Origin: Verrucomicrobiota bacterium
Lineage (GTDB): Bacteria > Verrucomicrobiota > Verrucomicrobiia > Limisphaerales > UBA11358
Direction: 5' to 3'
Assembly: GCA_049510295.1 (NCBI GenBank)
Contig: JBEKZC010000012.1
Span: 5,492-69,491, forward strand
DNA length: 64,000 nucleotides
This document shows, one piece after another, positions 1-9,739 of the stretch. The first letter of the stretch is position 1, and every line of letters begins with the position of its first letter. Below the pieces are notes generated by a model, which was given only the letters and a program-made list of their open reading frames with translations, had not been told where the DNA came from and did no database searches. Made by a program: the position numbers and the translations under genes.

Positions 1-105
1 GTTGGCGACTGTCTTGGCCTGCTCTGCGGTCAATGATGCGCTTTGTCGCGTATTCGCGCAACCAACGAGAAAAAATGTGAAAATGAGAATGCACGATGTT
101 TTCAT
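1..105 (-). CDS. lipoprotein, N-terminal fragment (gene continues past the left edge)
   Basis: A reverse-strand ATG at 105-103 opens MKTSCILIFTFFLVGCANTRQSASLTAEQAKTVAN. This is a hydrophobic signal followed by the lipobox LVGC, and the frame stays open to the window edge. It is absent from the ORF track because it is truncated. Confidence 0.4.
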   Translation of the reverse strand, partial: MKTSCILIFTFFLVGCANTRQSASLTAEQAKTVAN

Positions 106-190
106 AAAACGCTCATAGCGGCCTAACGATCCAAAGCTGAGCCACGGCCACTGGCGGCTGGCTCACGACTGCAATCTGGACTCTCAAATC

Positions 191-619
191 TCATATCTCA
201 ACCGAAATCTCAAGGGGCAGTGGCTGTTGGCTGCAACGATTTGTTAGGCATTTTTCCAGACCACCTTGCCGGGCTCCGGCTTTTATGAGAATCTCTCCAA
301 TAATCCTCTTGTCCATGTCCGTAATACCCCCGTGAACAGGACGATCAAAGCTGACGGCAATTTTCGGAGCGATCAAAGGGAAGCGGCCTCCTGCTAATTG
401 TCTGAGCGCACTTAAGACGAGCGCCATGCTCTTATCGAAATCAGTCATGAGAAACCGCGGATGCCCAAAAACCTCTGGGTGCTCACGATAGGGGACGGAG
501 ACCGGCTCTCTTCCTTCTTGCGTGAAGGTCAAGGCGTCATCAGTGAATGAAGCGAGAATCGTGAATGGAGTTAGAAGACGGTGGAAGACGCCCTCCTGCG
601 TTGGTTGTGTCGGACCCAT
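191..619 (-). CDS. hypothetical protein (142 aa)
   Basis: ORF-track entry on the same strand as its neighbours. A TATAAT-N4-GTTAGGC motif lies just upstream. I recognised no diagnostic motif. The stretch PKIAVSFDRPVHGGITDMDKRIIGEILIKAGAR only vaguely recalls actin-like ATPase folds, so I make no functional call. Confidence 0.45.
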   Translation of the reverse strand: MGPTQPTQEGVFHRLLTPFTILASFTDDALTFTQEGREPVSVPYREHPEVFGHPRFLMTDFDKSMALVLSALRQLAGGRFPLIAPKIAVSFDRPVHGGITDMDKRIIGEILIKAGARQGGLEKCLTNRCSQQPLPLEISVEI

Positions 620-806
620 AGTAATGCCTAACAGTGATTATACGACGGCTCGTGCACGATTGGTTTTTGTAACCCTGCCTGTTACCATGCGTTTATGAAA
701 TCAGACCTGCAAATTACCATCAAGGCAAAGATTTTTGTTGACTGTCCGACAGCAAACATTGTGTGACCAGTTAGCGCAACCCAGCGAAGGCTGCGCGCAA
801 AGTTGC

Positions 807-2783
807 TCAGGGTTGTTTTCGGGTTGAGGTTCGAAAAAGGGGTGGCAACACGTCCCGGAAACATGGGTCCTCCGGATTGACACCCGCATTGGCCAGGAAT
901 TCCTTGCGCGGCCTTTCGAGGGCGAAGAGCGGCGACAGGGGCAGGGCCGGCTCCTGGAATGAGCGTGCACCAGCCTTCATCGCCAGCAACACGGGCTGGC
1001 TGTGACTGGAATTGTAACCCCAAATCTCTGCCGGGGCGGAACTGCCGACAAAGTTCGGTTTGCCATCCAAACCGACGAAGCCGGCATACCGGAGGCCGGA
1101 TTGCGCAGCGGCGCGCGACAGCGCGAACAAACCCGCGGCCTGCTTCGCGTAGGAAACTGATTTTTTAGAGTCAAAAAACTGCTCCAACTTTTTACCGTAG
1201 GAATTGACTCTCGAGGGAACAAACCAATCGCCACTGTCCAACGGTCCGCCGGTGATTTTTTCCATTTGAACCTGGTCCGCGCGGACGGCCGGGCAGAAGT
1301 AGAGTCCCCAGGCAGCCGGCTGGAGATTCATCAGATCCGTCAGGCGCAGAAAAAGCCAGGCCCGGAACAGAGGCGAGCCTGCCCGCGAATCCTTGATTGA
1401 ATCCAGGACTTCAAGCAGCGGGATGGCGTAGGAATTAGTGCCCGCTAATACCTTCTCCAGACCGACAGAATAGAAAGCGGCAGTCTCTTGTAGGTTGCCA
1501 AGAGCTTCAAGGCGATAGACAAGCTGGGTCGGGGACAGCCGGTATTGACCATCAAAGAAACCGTAATCCCGATCCTGAAACTGAACGATGGTCGAAAACC
1601 TGGATGGCGACCAGGCCTTGATCCGTTTCCAACCCAGCGTGTTGTAAAATGGGCCAACGATAATCCAGTCCAGGGTTTGCGTTCCATCCGGATCCAGCCA
1701 AAGGCGATAACGCCAGTGGTTCGAACTGATGGCGGGGTCATTATTGAGTTGCTGGAAAATCAACCGCTCGGCGGGCATCACCGTTTCCGGGACAAAACGC
1801 CCGGCCCTCCCCAGGCAGGTCCAGGTGCCCGCATTGGTCGCTCCCAGGAGAATGCGGAGGGTGGTTTCATCGCTCACCTCGAGGGATTGCACGGCTGAAG
1901 CAGCGGCCACCGGAGGCGAATTGGAAAATTCCGAGGAGGCAATCAGGTTGATGCCCTCGGAAAATTCCCTGACCGTGCCGGCCCTGCGCAATGCCGCCAT
2001 GCCGTCGTCGAGTTTTTCAAGCTCCCGCTCACAGGCTGCCAGCCTGGCGCGCACAGTGATCGAACGTTCCAGGAGGTCGCCACGAAAGCTTAAATAATTT
2101 GTAAATTCAGACTCGCAATCGTTGATTTTCCGCACCAGCCCGGAGAGTGCGGTCATTGGGGCGGCGGATTTTTCCAGAGGCGACCGATAATCCAATGCGT
2201 TGCACTGCTTTTCGGCGGTGGCAATCCACTGCTCGATGAGGTTGTTGACGGCCGTGCTATTTTGGGACAGGAATTTCTGCCACTGCGTCTCCAAAGCCTG
2301 AAAGCCCGGCTCGTTTTCTGTTTTCAAGTCCGGGGCCAGTGCGTTCAAGGCATTACGCACCGTGGCGAGCTGGCCGGCAATGCCGGCCAATTGGGCCGCA
2401 TCAGGATCGCCCGTGATTTTTTTGGGAATGTTGGCAAAGGCGGCTTCATAATTTTTTAACAAAGCGTGCTCCTTGAGCAAAAAAGTCCCGGCGGCGGCGA
2501 CCGCCTCCTGGACACTGCCCGCGTTTAACAAACGTTGTTCCGTGCGGACGCGTTCCAGCAACTTTTCCACTGTATGCGCCTGCTGTTGGGCAATGGCCGC
2601 CCGGAGTTGGCCGGCAAAATCGCGCGCCTCCCTGCGTGCCTTCATTGGGCCAAGCACAAGCCAGGCAATGACTGCGCCCACAATCAAGGTGGCCGATAAA
2701 AGGAGCAGTCCCGTGCGCGAGCGAATGAGGGCGGAACTATCCATGCGCGAAGTGTGGCCTATCGATCCAAAATTAGGCGTCAT
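807..2783 (-). CDS. hypothetical membrane-anchored protein (about 658 aa): N-terminal TM helix, long helical/coiled region, unknown C-terminal domain
   Basis: The ORF track gives 807..2810. I prefer the ATG at 2783, because it forms an ATGA start/stop overlap with the upstream lipoprotein gene (plus-strand tcat at 2780-2783). The TM segment is GLLLLSATLIVGAVIAWLVLG. No known catalytic motif was recognised. Confidence 0.6.
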   Translation of the reverse strand: MTPNFGSIGHTSRMDSSALIRSRTGLLLLSATLIVGAVIAWLVLGPMKARREARDFAGQLRAAIAQQQAHTVEKLLERVRTEQRLLNAGSVQEAVAAAGTFLLKEHALLKNYEAAFANIPKKITGDPDAAQLAGIAGQLATVRNALNALAPDLKTENEPGFQALETQWQKFLSQNSTAVNNLIEQWIATAEKQCNALDYRSPLEKSAAPMTALSGLVRKINDCESEFTNYLSFRGDLLERSITVRARLAACERELEKLDDGMAALRRAGTVREFSEGINLIASSEFSNSPPVAAASAVQSLEVSDETTLRILLGATNAGTWTCLGRAGRFVPETVMPAERLIFQQLNNDPAISSNHWRYRLWLDPDGTQTLDWIIVGPFYNTLGWKRIKAWSPSRFSTIVQFQDRDYGFFDGQYRLSPTQLVYRLEALGNLQETAAFYSVGLEKVLAGTNSYAIPLLEVLDSIKDSRAGSPLFRAWLFLRLTDLMNLQPAAWGLYFCPAVRADQVQMEKITGGPLDSGDWFVPSRVNSYGKKLEQFFDSKKSVSYAKQAAGLFALSRAAAQSGLRYAGFVGLDGKPNFVGSSAPAEIWGYNSSHSQPVLLAMKAGARSFQEPALPLSPLFALERPRKEFLANAGVNPEDPCFRDVLPPLFRTSTRKQP

Positions 2784-3121
2784 CGGAATAGCCTGGCTAT
2801 TTCTATCCAATAGCCTCTCGCCGCCGCATCTTTGCGTAACAATTCAACGGCCTCACGACTTCGGTCAGGCTCAACAGAAATCGAAGCCACACCTGAAGAT
2901 GACTCCATGAAATTCCGAATGCCAGCTCCGTTGAGGATGCTGCGGACATGATCCCATGTGTTTGGACGAGGCTCGCCATCAAGAGGCTCATTATGAACAG
3001 CAGCAACGTAAACGAACGTCTTCCAGTCTTCTATTTCAACGTGTTTAGGTGGCCTGTGGACACAAGAACACAAACCTACGAGCACGACGACGAGTAAATA
3101 GCTGCGCGCAATGCTGCTCAT
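2780..3121 (-). CDS. small lipoprotein (113 aa)
   Basis: The signal plus lipobox reads MSSIARSYLLVVVLVGLCSC. The gene is translationally coupled (ATGA overlap) to the downstream 658-aa gene. Confidence 0.6.
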   Translation of the reverse strand: MSSIARSYLLVVVLVGLCSCVHRPPKHVEIEDWKTFVYVAAVHNEPLDGEPRPNTWDHVRSILNGAGIRNFMESSSGVASISVEPDRSREAVELLRKDAAARGYWIEIARLFR

Positions 3122-3420
3122 GGTTGAAATGACGCCTAACTGTTATTATGCCGCAAAATTGCGGTCTGATTCTTTTCAAGATTTTGACCATACCTGCAAA
3201 ATTTCTGCAAGCGAGCGTTTTTGCATGGCCGGCAAATTAGCGGAGTGCGGCCGTCCCGGTCGTAGCCAAGTGGGGCAGGCGGGTGATTAGAAATGTTCCG
3301 TGACTCGAATGAAGCCAGTTGCTGCGCCCGAGGACGGGCGCACTCCGGCCTGGCCTCGTCCAATCCGCCACCACCGGCAATTTCGGAGTTCGGGTTAAAA
3401 GGGGCGCAACTTGACACACG

Positions 3421-3540
3421 CACTATTTTTTCTCCCTCGCTTCCCTCAAGGAGGAGAGGGCCGGGGTGAGGAGGCCAATGTTTACAAGCACGAACCCCTC
3501 GCCCCATCCCTCTCCCCGTTTGGACGGGGAGAGGGAGTTA
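3421..3540. repeat. palindromic repeat family H (CCCTCTCCC...GGGAGAGGG hairpin plus GGGTGAGG module)
   Basis: The hairpin ccctctccccgtttggacggggagaggg lies at 3508-3535, preceded by ggaggagagggccggggtgaggagg. Related copies occur at 18371-18415, 18531-18549 and 46765-46808. Confidence 0.6.
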
Positions 3541-3667
3541 TTCCCGTTCGGTGCGGGTGTTAAGATGCACCCGGTTAAAAGCTCCCCTGCCCTGTGGGAT
3601 TTGCTTTAATCGGAACGATGCAGTTGGATTTGGGGAGCGCGCCCGGGCGGAAAACATTTGTTCGGGC

Positions 3668-4450
3668 TTATTCCTTTGTGCGGTTGAATAATCCGGCCAT
3701 TTTACGCATGAACCGGCGCGGCATGAATCGAACCAGAAAAATGAGAACATGGTATTGCCAGCCGGGAATGGCCAGCAGTCTTCCCTTGCGAAAAGCGCGG
3801 TGGCCGTGGCGCGCAACGGCTGCCGCCGGCATTTTGGGCGTGTTAAGCCGCCGCATTTTTTGGCCGTGCGAGACGTTGCCGAAATTGGTTGTGGTTGGAC
3901 CGGGACAAAGCGCCGTCACCGTCAATCCGGCGCCGGCGAGTTCTTCCGCCAGCGCCTCGGTGAATGATAGCACGTAGGCTTTGGTTGCGTAATAAACCGC
4001 CATGCCGGGGCCGGGCAGGAATCCGGCCAGCGAACCGACGTTGAGCACGCCGCCATGCCGGCGTTCGATCATGCCCGGAAGAAACAGCCCTGTCAGGTTC
4101 GTGAGCGCGGTGATGTTGACTTGAATCATTTCCAGTTGACGCTCCAGCGGCAACCCGGCAAACGCGCCGTTCGCGCCGAATCCGGCGTTGTTGACCAAAA
4201 CGTCCACCCTGACTCCCCTGCCCTGCAATTCCTTGAACACGCGGGCCGGAGTCTCGGGCAGGGAAAGATCGGCGGTTAAAACGAGTGCTTCAATTTTGTG
4301 CGCCTGACGCAGTTCCTTGGCCAGCGTTTCCAACGCTTCGGTGTTGCGGGCGAGCAACACCAGACGGCATCCGTCCGCCGCAAAACACTGCGCCAATTCC
4401 AGCCCGATGCCTGACGATGCGCCGGTGATTAAAACCGTTTCACTTTGCAT
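3668..4450 (-). CDS. short-chain dehydrogenase/reductase (SDR family oxidoreductase)
   Basis: It has the N-terminal Rossmann motif TGASSGIG, the NNAG motif and a catalytic YxxxK (YYATKAY). The 260-aa length is typical of classical SDRs. Confidence 0.9.
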   Translation of the reverse strand: MQSETVLITGASSGIGLELAQCFAADGCRLVLLARNTEALETLAKELRQAHKIEALVLTADLSLPETPARVFKELQGRGVRVDVLVNNAGFGANGAFAGLPLERQLEMIQVNITALTNLTGLFLPGMIERRHGGVLNVGSLAGFLPGPGMAVYYATKAYVLSFTEALAEELAGAGLTVTALCPGPTTTNFGNVSHGQKMRRLNTPKMPAAAVARHGHRAFRKGRLLAIPGWQYHVLIFLVRFMPRRFMRKMAGLFNRTKE

Positions 4451-4631
4451 TTTTTTTATTTTGGTGGGGCGAGGCTACCGACGAGCCGCTTCCGCAAAGC
4501 TTCGGCGCGCTGGGTTCGGCTCGCGGGGATCGGTCTTCGTTTGACTTCGACCCGACGGGCGCTCGCCCCACCGAAAGGGAGTTACTACCAACCGTTTCGC
4601 TGTGCGCGGCGTTCATCTGGCTCCGGGTCGG

Positions 4632-5945
4632 TTATTGATTTCCCCACCCAAATCGTTTGGTGATGGGCCAATAAACGAAGAAACATTTGCCGATGACACT
4701 TGACTCGGGAAAATACCCCCAAAATCGCGAGTCCAGACTGTTCATGGTATTGTCGCCCATGACAAAAAGATGATTGGTGGCCACTTGAAATTCACGACCC
4801 GGCCCCAGTTCCCGGATCAGCGCATGACCGTAGTACTGGTTATCCTGGTATTGGATGGTCTTGGTTCCCGGCGGCACACCGGAAAATGAGTAAAGATTTT
4901 CGAAATGCGGAGTGGACGCGGACAGCGGCTGGCCGTTTACCAGGAGATGTCCGACCGGCACACCCGCGCCGCCGAATTGCGATGCGCCCACCACTTCGTA
5001 ATCCGGGGCCAGCGAGAGCGTTTCACCGCCCAATCCCACGAGGCGTTTGATGTAAAACTGGTCGCCCGGAATGCGGAAATTTTCCCGTTGTTCCTCGGGG
5101 ATTCCCGCGGTTGCGAAAACGACGATTTCCCCGCGTTGCGGTTTGCGGAAGTTGTAAGTGAGCCGGTCCACAAACAAATGGTCTCCCGCGCTGACCCGGA
5201 GGTTCACAACGTCAGCCCCTTTGTGGCATAACTGGCCTTCGCCAAAGTCGCTGTGCGTCCGCAATCCCGCGCGCATCTGCAAACTTTGCTCGCCGTAATC
5301 CGGCGGAAACCAGATTGTTTGCGGCTGGCCGCCGATCCAAAGGGTCTGCTTGATGTTAAAGATCAAAAAACGAACCGGCGGATCGATGGCCTGCAGTTCT
5401 CCGTCGTTTTGCGCGACAACATGCACGTAGGAAATTCCTTCAAACCATTCTCGAACCCGTTCCCAGCCGGTCGGCAAGGTCAGGGTCTTCCGCAACTTCA
5501 ACTGTTCATTCAACTGGGCCTGAATTTTGGATTTATCCTCCGCACTGAAAGCACTCCGGCTGAAGTCAGGCACGGATGTCACGCCAAACAGCGTCGGTTG
5601 CATCGAACCGGTCGGAATTTTGAATGGCTGCACGAAGAAGGTGCGAATGGCCATCGCCACGGCCACCGCCACGAGAATGACTTCAATATTTTCACGCCAC
5701 AGGGCGTGGGGATACGGCTTGAGCCACTTGTTCGCGGCGAAGTCCAGCTCGTCCATCTTGATCCGGATCTTGCCGATGTTTTCTCCCGCCGCGATGGTGT
5801 CCCGCAACTGGTTCATCGCCAGGGTCACTCCGCCAATCGCCGGGGGCGTGAGTACATCGCGTTGCGCGCACAGCAAATGGTACACGTGCTTCCGCATCGC
5901 GCATGCCTCGCGCACGGTTGAGGAAAAGAACCAGCGGATTGTCAT
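4632..5945 (-). CDS. lepB: signal peptidase I
   Basis: SPase I boxes are present: GSMQPTL (catalytic Ser box), GDHLFVDR, YIKRLVGLGGE (Lys box) and GDNTMNSLDSRFWG. It lies immediately downstream of lepA, the classic lepA-lepB arrangement. Confidence 0.9.
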   Translation of the reverse strand: MTIRWFFSSTVREACAMRKHVYHLLCAQRDVLTPPAIGGVTLAMNQLRDTIAAGENIGKIRIKMDELDFAANKWLKPYPHALWRENIEVILVAVAVAMAIRTFFVQPFKIPTGSMQPTLFGVTSVPDFSRSAFSAEDKSKIQAQLNEQLKLRKTLTLPTGWERVREWFEGISYVHVVAQNDGELQAIDPPVRFLIFNIKQTLWIGGQPQTIWFPPDYGEQSLQMRAGLRTHSDFGEGQLCHKGADVVNLRVSAGDHLFVDRLTYNFRKPQRGEIVVFATAGIPEEQRENFRIPGDQFYIKRLVGLGGETLSLAPDYEVVGASQFGGAGVPVGHLLVNGQPLSASTPHFENLYSFSGVPPGTKTIQYQDNQYYGHALIRELGPGREFQVATNHLFVMGDNTMNSLDSRFWGYFPESSVIGKCFFVYWPITKRFGWGNQ

Positions 5946-6042
5946 ATTTTATTAAAAGGTTTTGACACGGATTTCACGGATTTTCACAAATTAATGCATA
6001 AAAATCCGCGTAAGTCAGTGTAATCTGTGTCTGCATTTTTGC

Positions 6043-7833
6043 CTACGCCTTCAACACTTCAATAAATGCTTCCTGCGGGATATTGACCGTGCCGAACGCT
6101 TTCATGCGTTTTTTGCCTTCCTTTTGTTTTTCCAGCAACTTGCGTTTGCGCGTGATGTCGCCGCCGTAACATTTCGCCGTCACATCCTTGCGGAAGGCGC
6201 TGACCGTTTCGCGCGCAACAATTTTTCCGCCGATGGCCGCCTGAATCGCGACCTGATATTGCTGGTGCGGGATGACTTCCTTGAGTTTGGCCGCGAGCGC
6301 GCGTCCCCGGCCCTCCGCCTTGTCGCGATGCACGATGCACGAAAACGCGTCCACGGACTCGCCGTTGACGAGCAGGTCGAGCTTCACCATCGCCGACTCC
6401 CGATAATCGGCGTGTTCGTAATCCATCGAACCGTAACCGCGCGTCATGCTTTTGATGCGGTCGTGGAAATCTATCAAAATTTCATTCAACGGCAACAGGC
6501 TCGTAAGCATGACCCGCCGCGCGTCCAGCGTTTCCGTCTGGTCCACCGCGCCGCGCCGCTCGGAAATCAACGCCATCATGTCACCGATGTTTTCGTTCGG
6601 GCAAATCACAAAGGCTTTGACCATCGGCTCCTCGATTTTCCGGATGTAATTCGGTTCCGGCAAAAACGCCGGGTTGTCAATTTGCTTCACGACGCCGTCG
6701 CTCATCGTCACGCGATACACCACGCTCGGATACGTCGCGATGATGTCCATGCCGTATTCGCGGCGCAACCGTTCCTGCACAATTTCCAGATGCAACAAGC
6801 CGAGAAACCCGCAACGAAAACCGAAGCCGAGCGCGACCGACGTTTCCGACTGATACACAAACGCCGAGTCATTGAGCTGCAACTTGCCCATGTTCGCCTT
6901 GAGATGCTCGTAATCGCCGGTGTTGATCGGGTAAATCCCGCTGAACACCATCGGATGAATCTCCTTGAACCCCGCCAGCACCGGCGAGGGGTTCCGCGAA
7001 TCCGTCACTGTGTCGCCCATCTTCACTTCCTTGGGGCTTTTGATGTTCGCGGTGAAATAACCCGTCTCGCCCACTTCCAATTTCTCGCGCACGTAAGGCT
7101 TGGGATTGAAGCTGCCCACCTCCTTCACCTCAACCGTTTTGCCGGAGTGCAGCAGCTTGACCTGCATTCCCGCCTGCAACTCGCCGTTGAACACGCGCAC
7201 GTGCGTGACGACGCCCTTGTAAGTGTCAAAATAGGAATCGAAACCCAGCGCCTGCACCGACGGCGCGCCGGTCGGCTTCGGTGGCGGAATGCGCTCGATG
7301 ATCGCCTCCAGAATTTCATCAATGCCAATCCCCTCCTTGGCGCTGGCCAGAATCGCCGTGTCGCCCGGAATGGCCAGAATGTCCTCAAGCTGTTTCCGGG
7401 TCTCCGGGACATTCGCATGCGGCAGGTCAATTTTGTTGATGATGGGGATGATGGTGAGATTCTGCTTCATCGCCAGGTGAACGTTGGCAACCGTTTGGGC
7501 CTCGACGCCCTGCGCCGCGTCAATGATGAGCAGCGCACCTTCGCACGCGCTCAAGCTGCGCGACACTTCGTAGGAAAAATCCACATGCCCCGGCGTATCA
7601 ATCAGATTCAGCTCGTAAGTCTCGCCGTTCTTTGCTTTGTAAAGCATCGTGACCGGATGCGCCTTGATGGTGATGCCGCGCTCCTTTTCGAGGTCCATCG
7701 AGTCGAGCAACTGCGCCTCCATGTCGCGGGTGGCAATGGTGCCGGTGCGATGCAACAGGCGGTCGGAAAGCGTCGTCTTCCCATGGTCAATATGGGCGAT
7801 GATGCTGAAATTGCGAATATGCGCTGCGTCCAT
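6043..7833 (-). CDS. lepA: translation elongation factor 4 (LepA)
   Basis: The GTPase motifs are [23 protein letters not shown] and NKIDL. The 596-aa length and the LepA-type C-terminal region fit EF4. Confidence 0.97.
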   Translation of the reverse strand: MDAAHIRNFSIIAHIDHGKTTLSDRLLHRTGTIATRDMEAQLLDSMDLEKERGITIKAHPVTMLYKAKNGETYELNLIDTPGHVDFSYEVSRSLSACEGALLIIDAAQGVEAQTVANVHLAMKQNLTIIPIINKIDLPHANVPETRKQLEDILAIPGDTAILASAKEGIGIDEILEAIIERIPPPKPTGAPSVQALGFDSYFDTYKGVVTHVRVFNGELQAGMQVKLLHSGKTVEVKEVGSFNPKPYVREKLEVGETGYFTANIKSPKEVKMGDTVTDSRNPSPVLAGFKEIHPMVFSGIYPINTGDYEHLKANMGKLQLNDSAFVYQSETSVALGFGFRCGFLGLLHLEIVQERLRREYGMDIIATYPSVVYRVTMSDGVVKQIDNPAFLPEPNYIRKIEEPMVKAFVICPNENIGDMMALISERRGAVDQTETLDARRVMLTSLLPLNEILIDFHDRIKSMTRGYGSMDYEHADYRESAMVKLDLLVNGESVDAFSCIVHRDKAEGRGRALAAKLKEVIPHQQYQVAIQAAIGGKIVARETVSAFRKDVTAKCYGGDITRKRKLLEKQKEGKKRMKAFGTVNIPQEAFIEVLKA

Positions 7834-8012
7834 CCGTGTTTCCTAATCGTAATCTTAATCGTAATCGCAGTGTCGAATTTTAAGTTGCGAATCCGAGCGC
7901 AGTAGGATAACCGGAAAACGGGTGAAGAAAAGGAAATTTGCCTATTACCAGGAATGAGCGTCCATCACCAATGGAAACGATCGAACGTGAACGGCGACGA
8001 TGATGTCGTCGT

Positions 8013-9620
8013 TCACATTTGTCCTCCCTTTGCTGACCTTGATTGCTGTCCACCACTTGCGACTTCAGACAGTTCCGCACTGTAGATGGTGCTGACTGTT
8101 TTCATCACCTCTGCCAGCGACGTTCTGCCTTGGGCTGCCCGGCGAATCCCGTCGCAAGCCAGCGTCGTCATGCCTTCGCTCACAGCGATGGCCCGCAAAT
8201 CCATGATCGTGGCGCCGCGGGTCAATGCCGCCGCCACCCGGGGCGTCACTTCCAGCGCCTCGGCGATGACTGTGCGGCCTTGAAATCCAATCAGGTTGCA
8301 CTCTTTGCACCCCACTGGTTCGCGAAAGTCTTTCGGGAGAGCATCCCAAGGGAGGCCGCCGAGGCGGGCGAGTTTTTGGGCCAGGGTCAGGAAAGGCTCC
8401 GCTGGTTTTCTTGCGACCGAACATTTTGAACAGAGCAAACGAACCAATCGCTGGGCGATGATCAGCCGGGTGGCGTCGGCGACTGTGAATGGATTGGCGC
8501 CCGCGTCAATCATCCGCTGCAAGGCCGTAACTGCTTCGCTGGTGTGCAGCGAGATGAGCACCCGATGGCCGGTCAACGCCGCCTGCAACGAAAGCGTGAG
8601 CGTTTCCAAATCACGGATTTCCCCTACCATGATTACATCTGGATTCGACCTGAGCACCGCGCGCAACACACTGCCGAAGTTCATGCCGGACTCCGCCCGG
8701 ATCGGCACCTGCGTGGTTCCAGGCAACAGGTATTCGACCGGATCTTCGACGGTCATCACCTTGGGCCTGACCGGCCCGGCGGTAATCTGGTTCAGGCAGG
8801 CATAGAGTGCGGAAGTCTTGCCGCAACCGGTTGGACCGGTAAAGACGACCGTTCCCCAAGGCGAACCGAGCCAGTGCTGGATTCTCTTCTTGTCCGCTTC
8901 GGCGTAGTCCATTTGCTCCAGGCTGATCCGCGCGGCCCTGGGGTCGAGCAAGACCGCGCTCAACGCCTCTCCCAGCACGGCTGGCAGGAATGTAACACGC
9001 ACGTCCAATTCCTCGCCAGCGGTCGAAGACTTCATGCGGATGCGGCCTTCCTGGGGCCGCGATGTCTCATGCACATTGCAAGCAGCCAAGGTCTTCCATT
9101 GCTTGACGATTGCCGGAAGCAAACGCATGTCCAGTTCAGCAATGGGTTGCAACACGCCGTCGAGCCGGTAGCGGAGAGTGGCCACACCTTTAGGTTGCGG
9201 TTCAATATGTAAGTCGGTGGCTCGCATCTGAGCCGCCAGACGAATTATCAGCTTGACCGCCCGGACCAACTCACTCTCGTGCGATTCCTCCTCTCCAACT
9301 CCGTTTCCTTTCAGGCGTTTACGCAGAGTGTCGAGCAATGGGGTAATATCGGCCACCAAATCGATCTGTGGTTCCTGTCCTTTGAGGAACCGCTCGACAT
9401 CCTCGCGACGGAAACGCCACTGCCGACCTATCTTGGTTCCCTTGAGCTTGCCGGCCCGCAACCAGCGATAAAAGGTCGGACGGGTGGTCCTGAGCATCGC
9501 AATGACCTCCCTCATGTCCAAGAGTTCACCAATGGGTGCCGGAACGGAAGACGGGATGGGTTGAATTTTGGCTACCGGGCTTTTGTTGAACCGCGAGCTT
9601 GAAGTAATTTTGGCTTTCAT
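8013..9620 (-). CDS. GspE/PilB-family secretion ATPase fused to an N-terminal excisionase-type helix-turn-helix
   Basis: The N-terminal HTH reads TFYRWLRAGKLKGTKIGRQWRFRREDVERFL. It is followed by a GspE N-domain, Walker A GPTGCGKTS, the Walker B / Asp box VIMVGEIRD and the tetracysteine motif CSKC...CKEC. Confidence 0.85.
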   Translation of the reverse strand: MKAKITSSSRFNKSPVAKIQPIPSSVPAPIGELLDMREVIAMLRTTRPTFYRWLRAGKLKGTKIGRQWRFRREDVERFLKGQEPQIDLVADITPLLDTLRKRLKGNGVGEEESHESELVRAVKLIIRLAAQMRATDLHIEPQPKGVATLRYRLDGVLQPIAELDMRLLPAIVKQWKTLAACNVHETSRPQEGRIRMKSSTAGEELDVRVTFLPAVLGEALSAVLLDPRAARISLEQMDYAEADKKRIQHWLGSPWGTVVFTGPTGCGKTSALYACLNQITAGPVRPKVMTVEDPVEYLLPGTTQVPIRAESGMNFGSVLRAVLRSNPDVIMVGEIRDLETLTLSLQAALTGHRVLISLHTSEAVTALQRMIDAGANPFTVADATRLIIAQRLVRLLCSKCSVARKPAEPFLTLAQKLARLGGLPWDALPKDFREPVGCKECNLIGFQGRTVIAEALEVTPRVAAALTRGATIMDLRAIAVSEGMTTLACDGIRRAAQGRTSLAEVMKTVSTIYSAELSEVASGGQQSRSAKGGQM

Positions 9621-9739
9621 GCTTATAGCATATCATAACGTCCATAATACAGTAAAGGAATTTTTCCCGGTCATGGTTGTTCCAAATTCTAAGCAAGGTT
9701 CTTAGATTCTATGAATCAGGCGCTTATGATTGAAATTGT

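Noticed and set aside
3136-3507. 123-aa ORF and overlapping ORFs (3237..3419, 3538..3816) upstream of the lipoprotein gene
   Set aside because: They run through the family H hairpins (ccctctcccc...ggggagaggg) and other repeat modules. The translations are low-complexity Gly/Pro/Arg. This is most likely non-coding repeat DNA.
6124-7905. 593-aa plus-strand ORF covering the whole lepA locus
   Set aside because: It is exactly antisense to a gene with unmistakable EF4 motifs. Its translation is Arg/His/Ala/Val-rich with no motif, which is the typical shadow ORF of a GC-rich genome.
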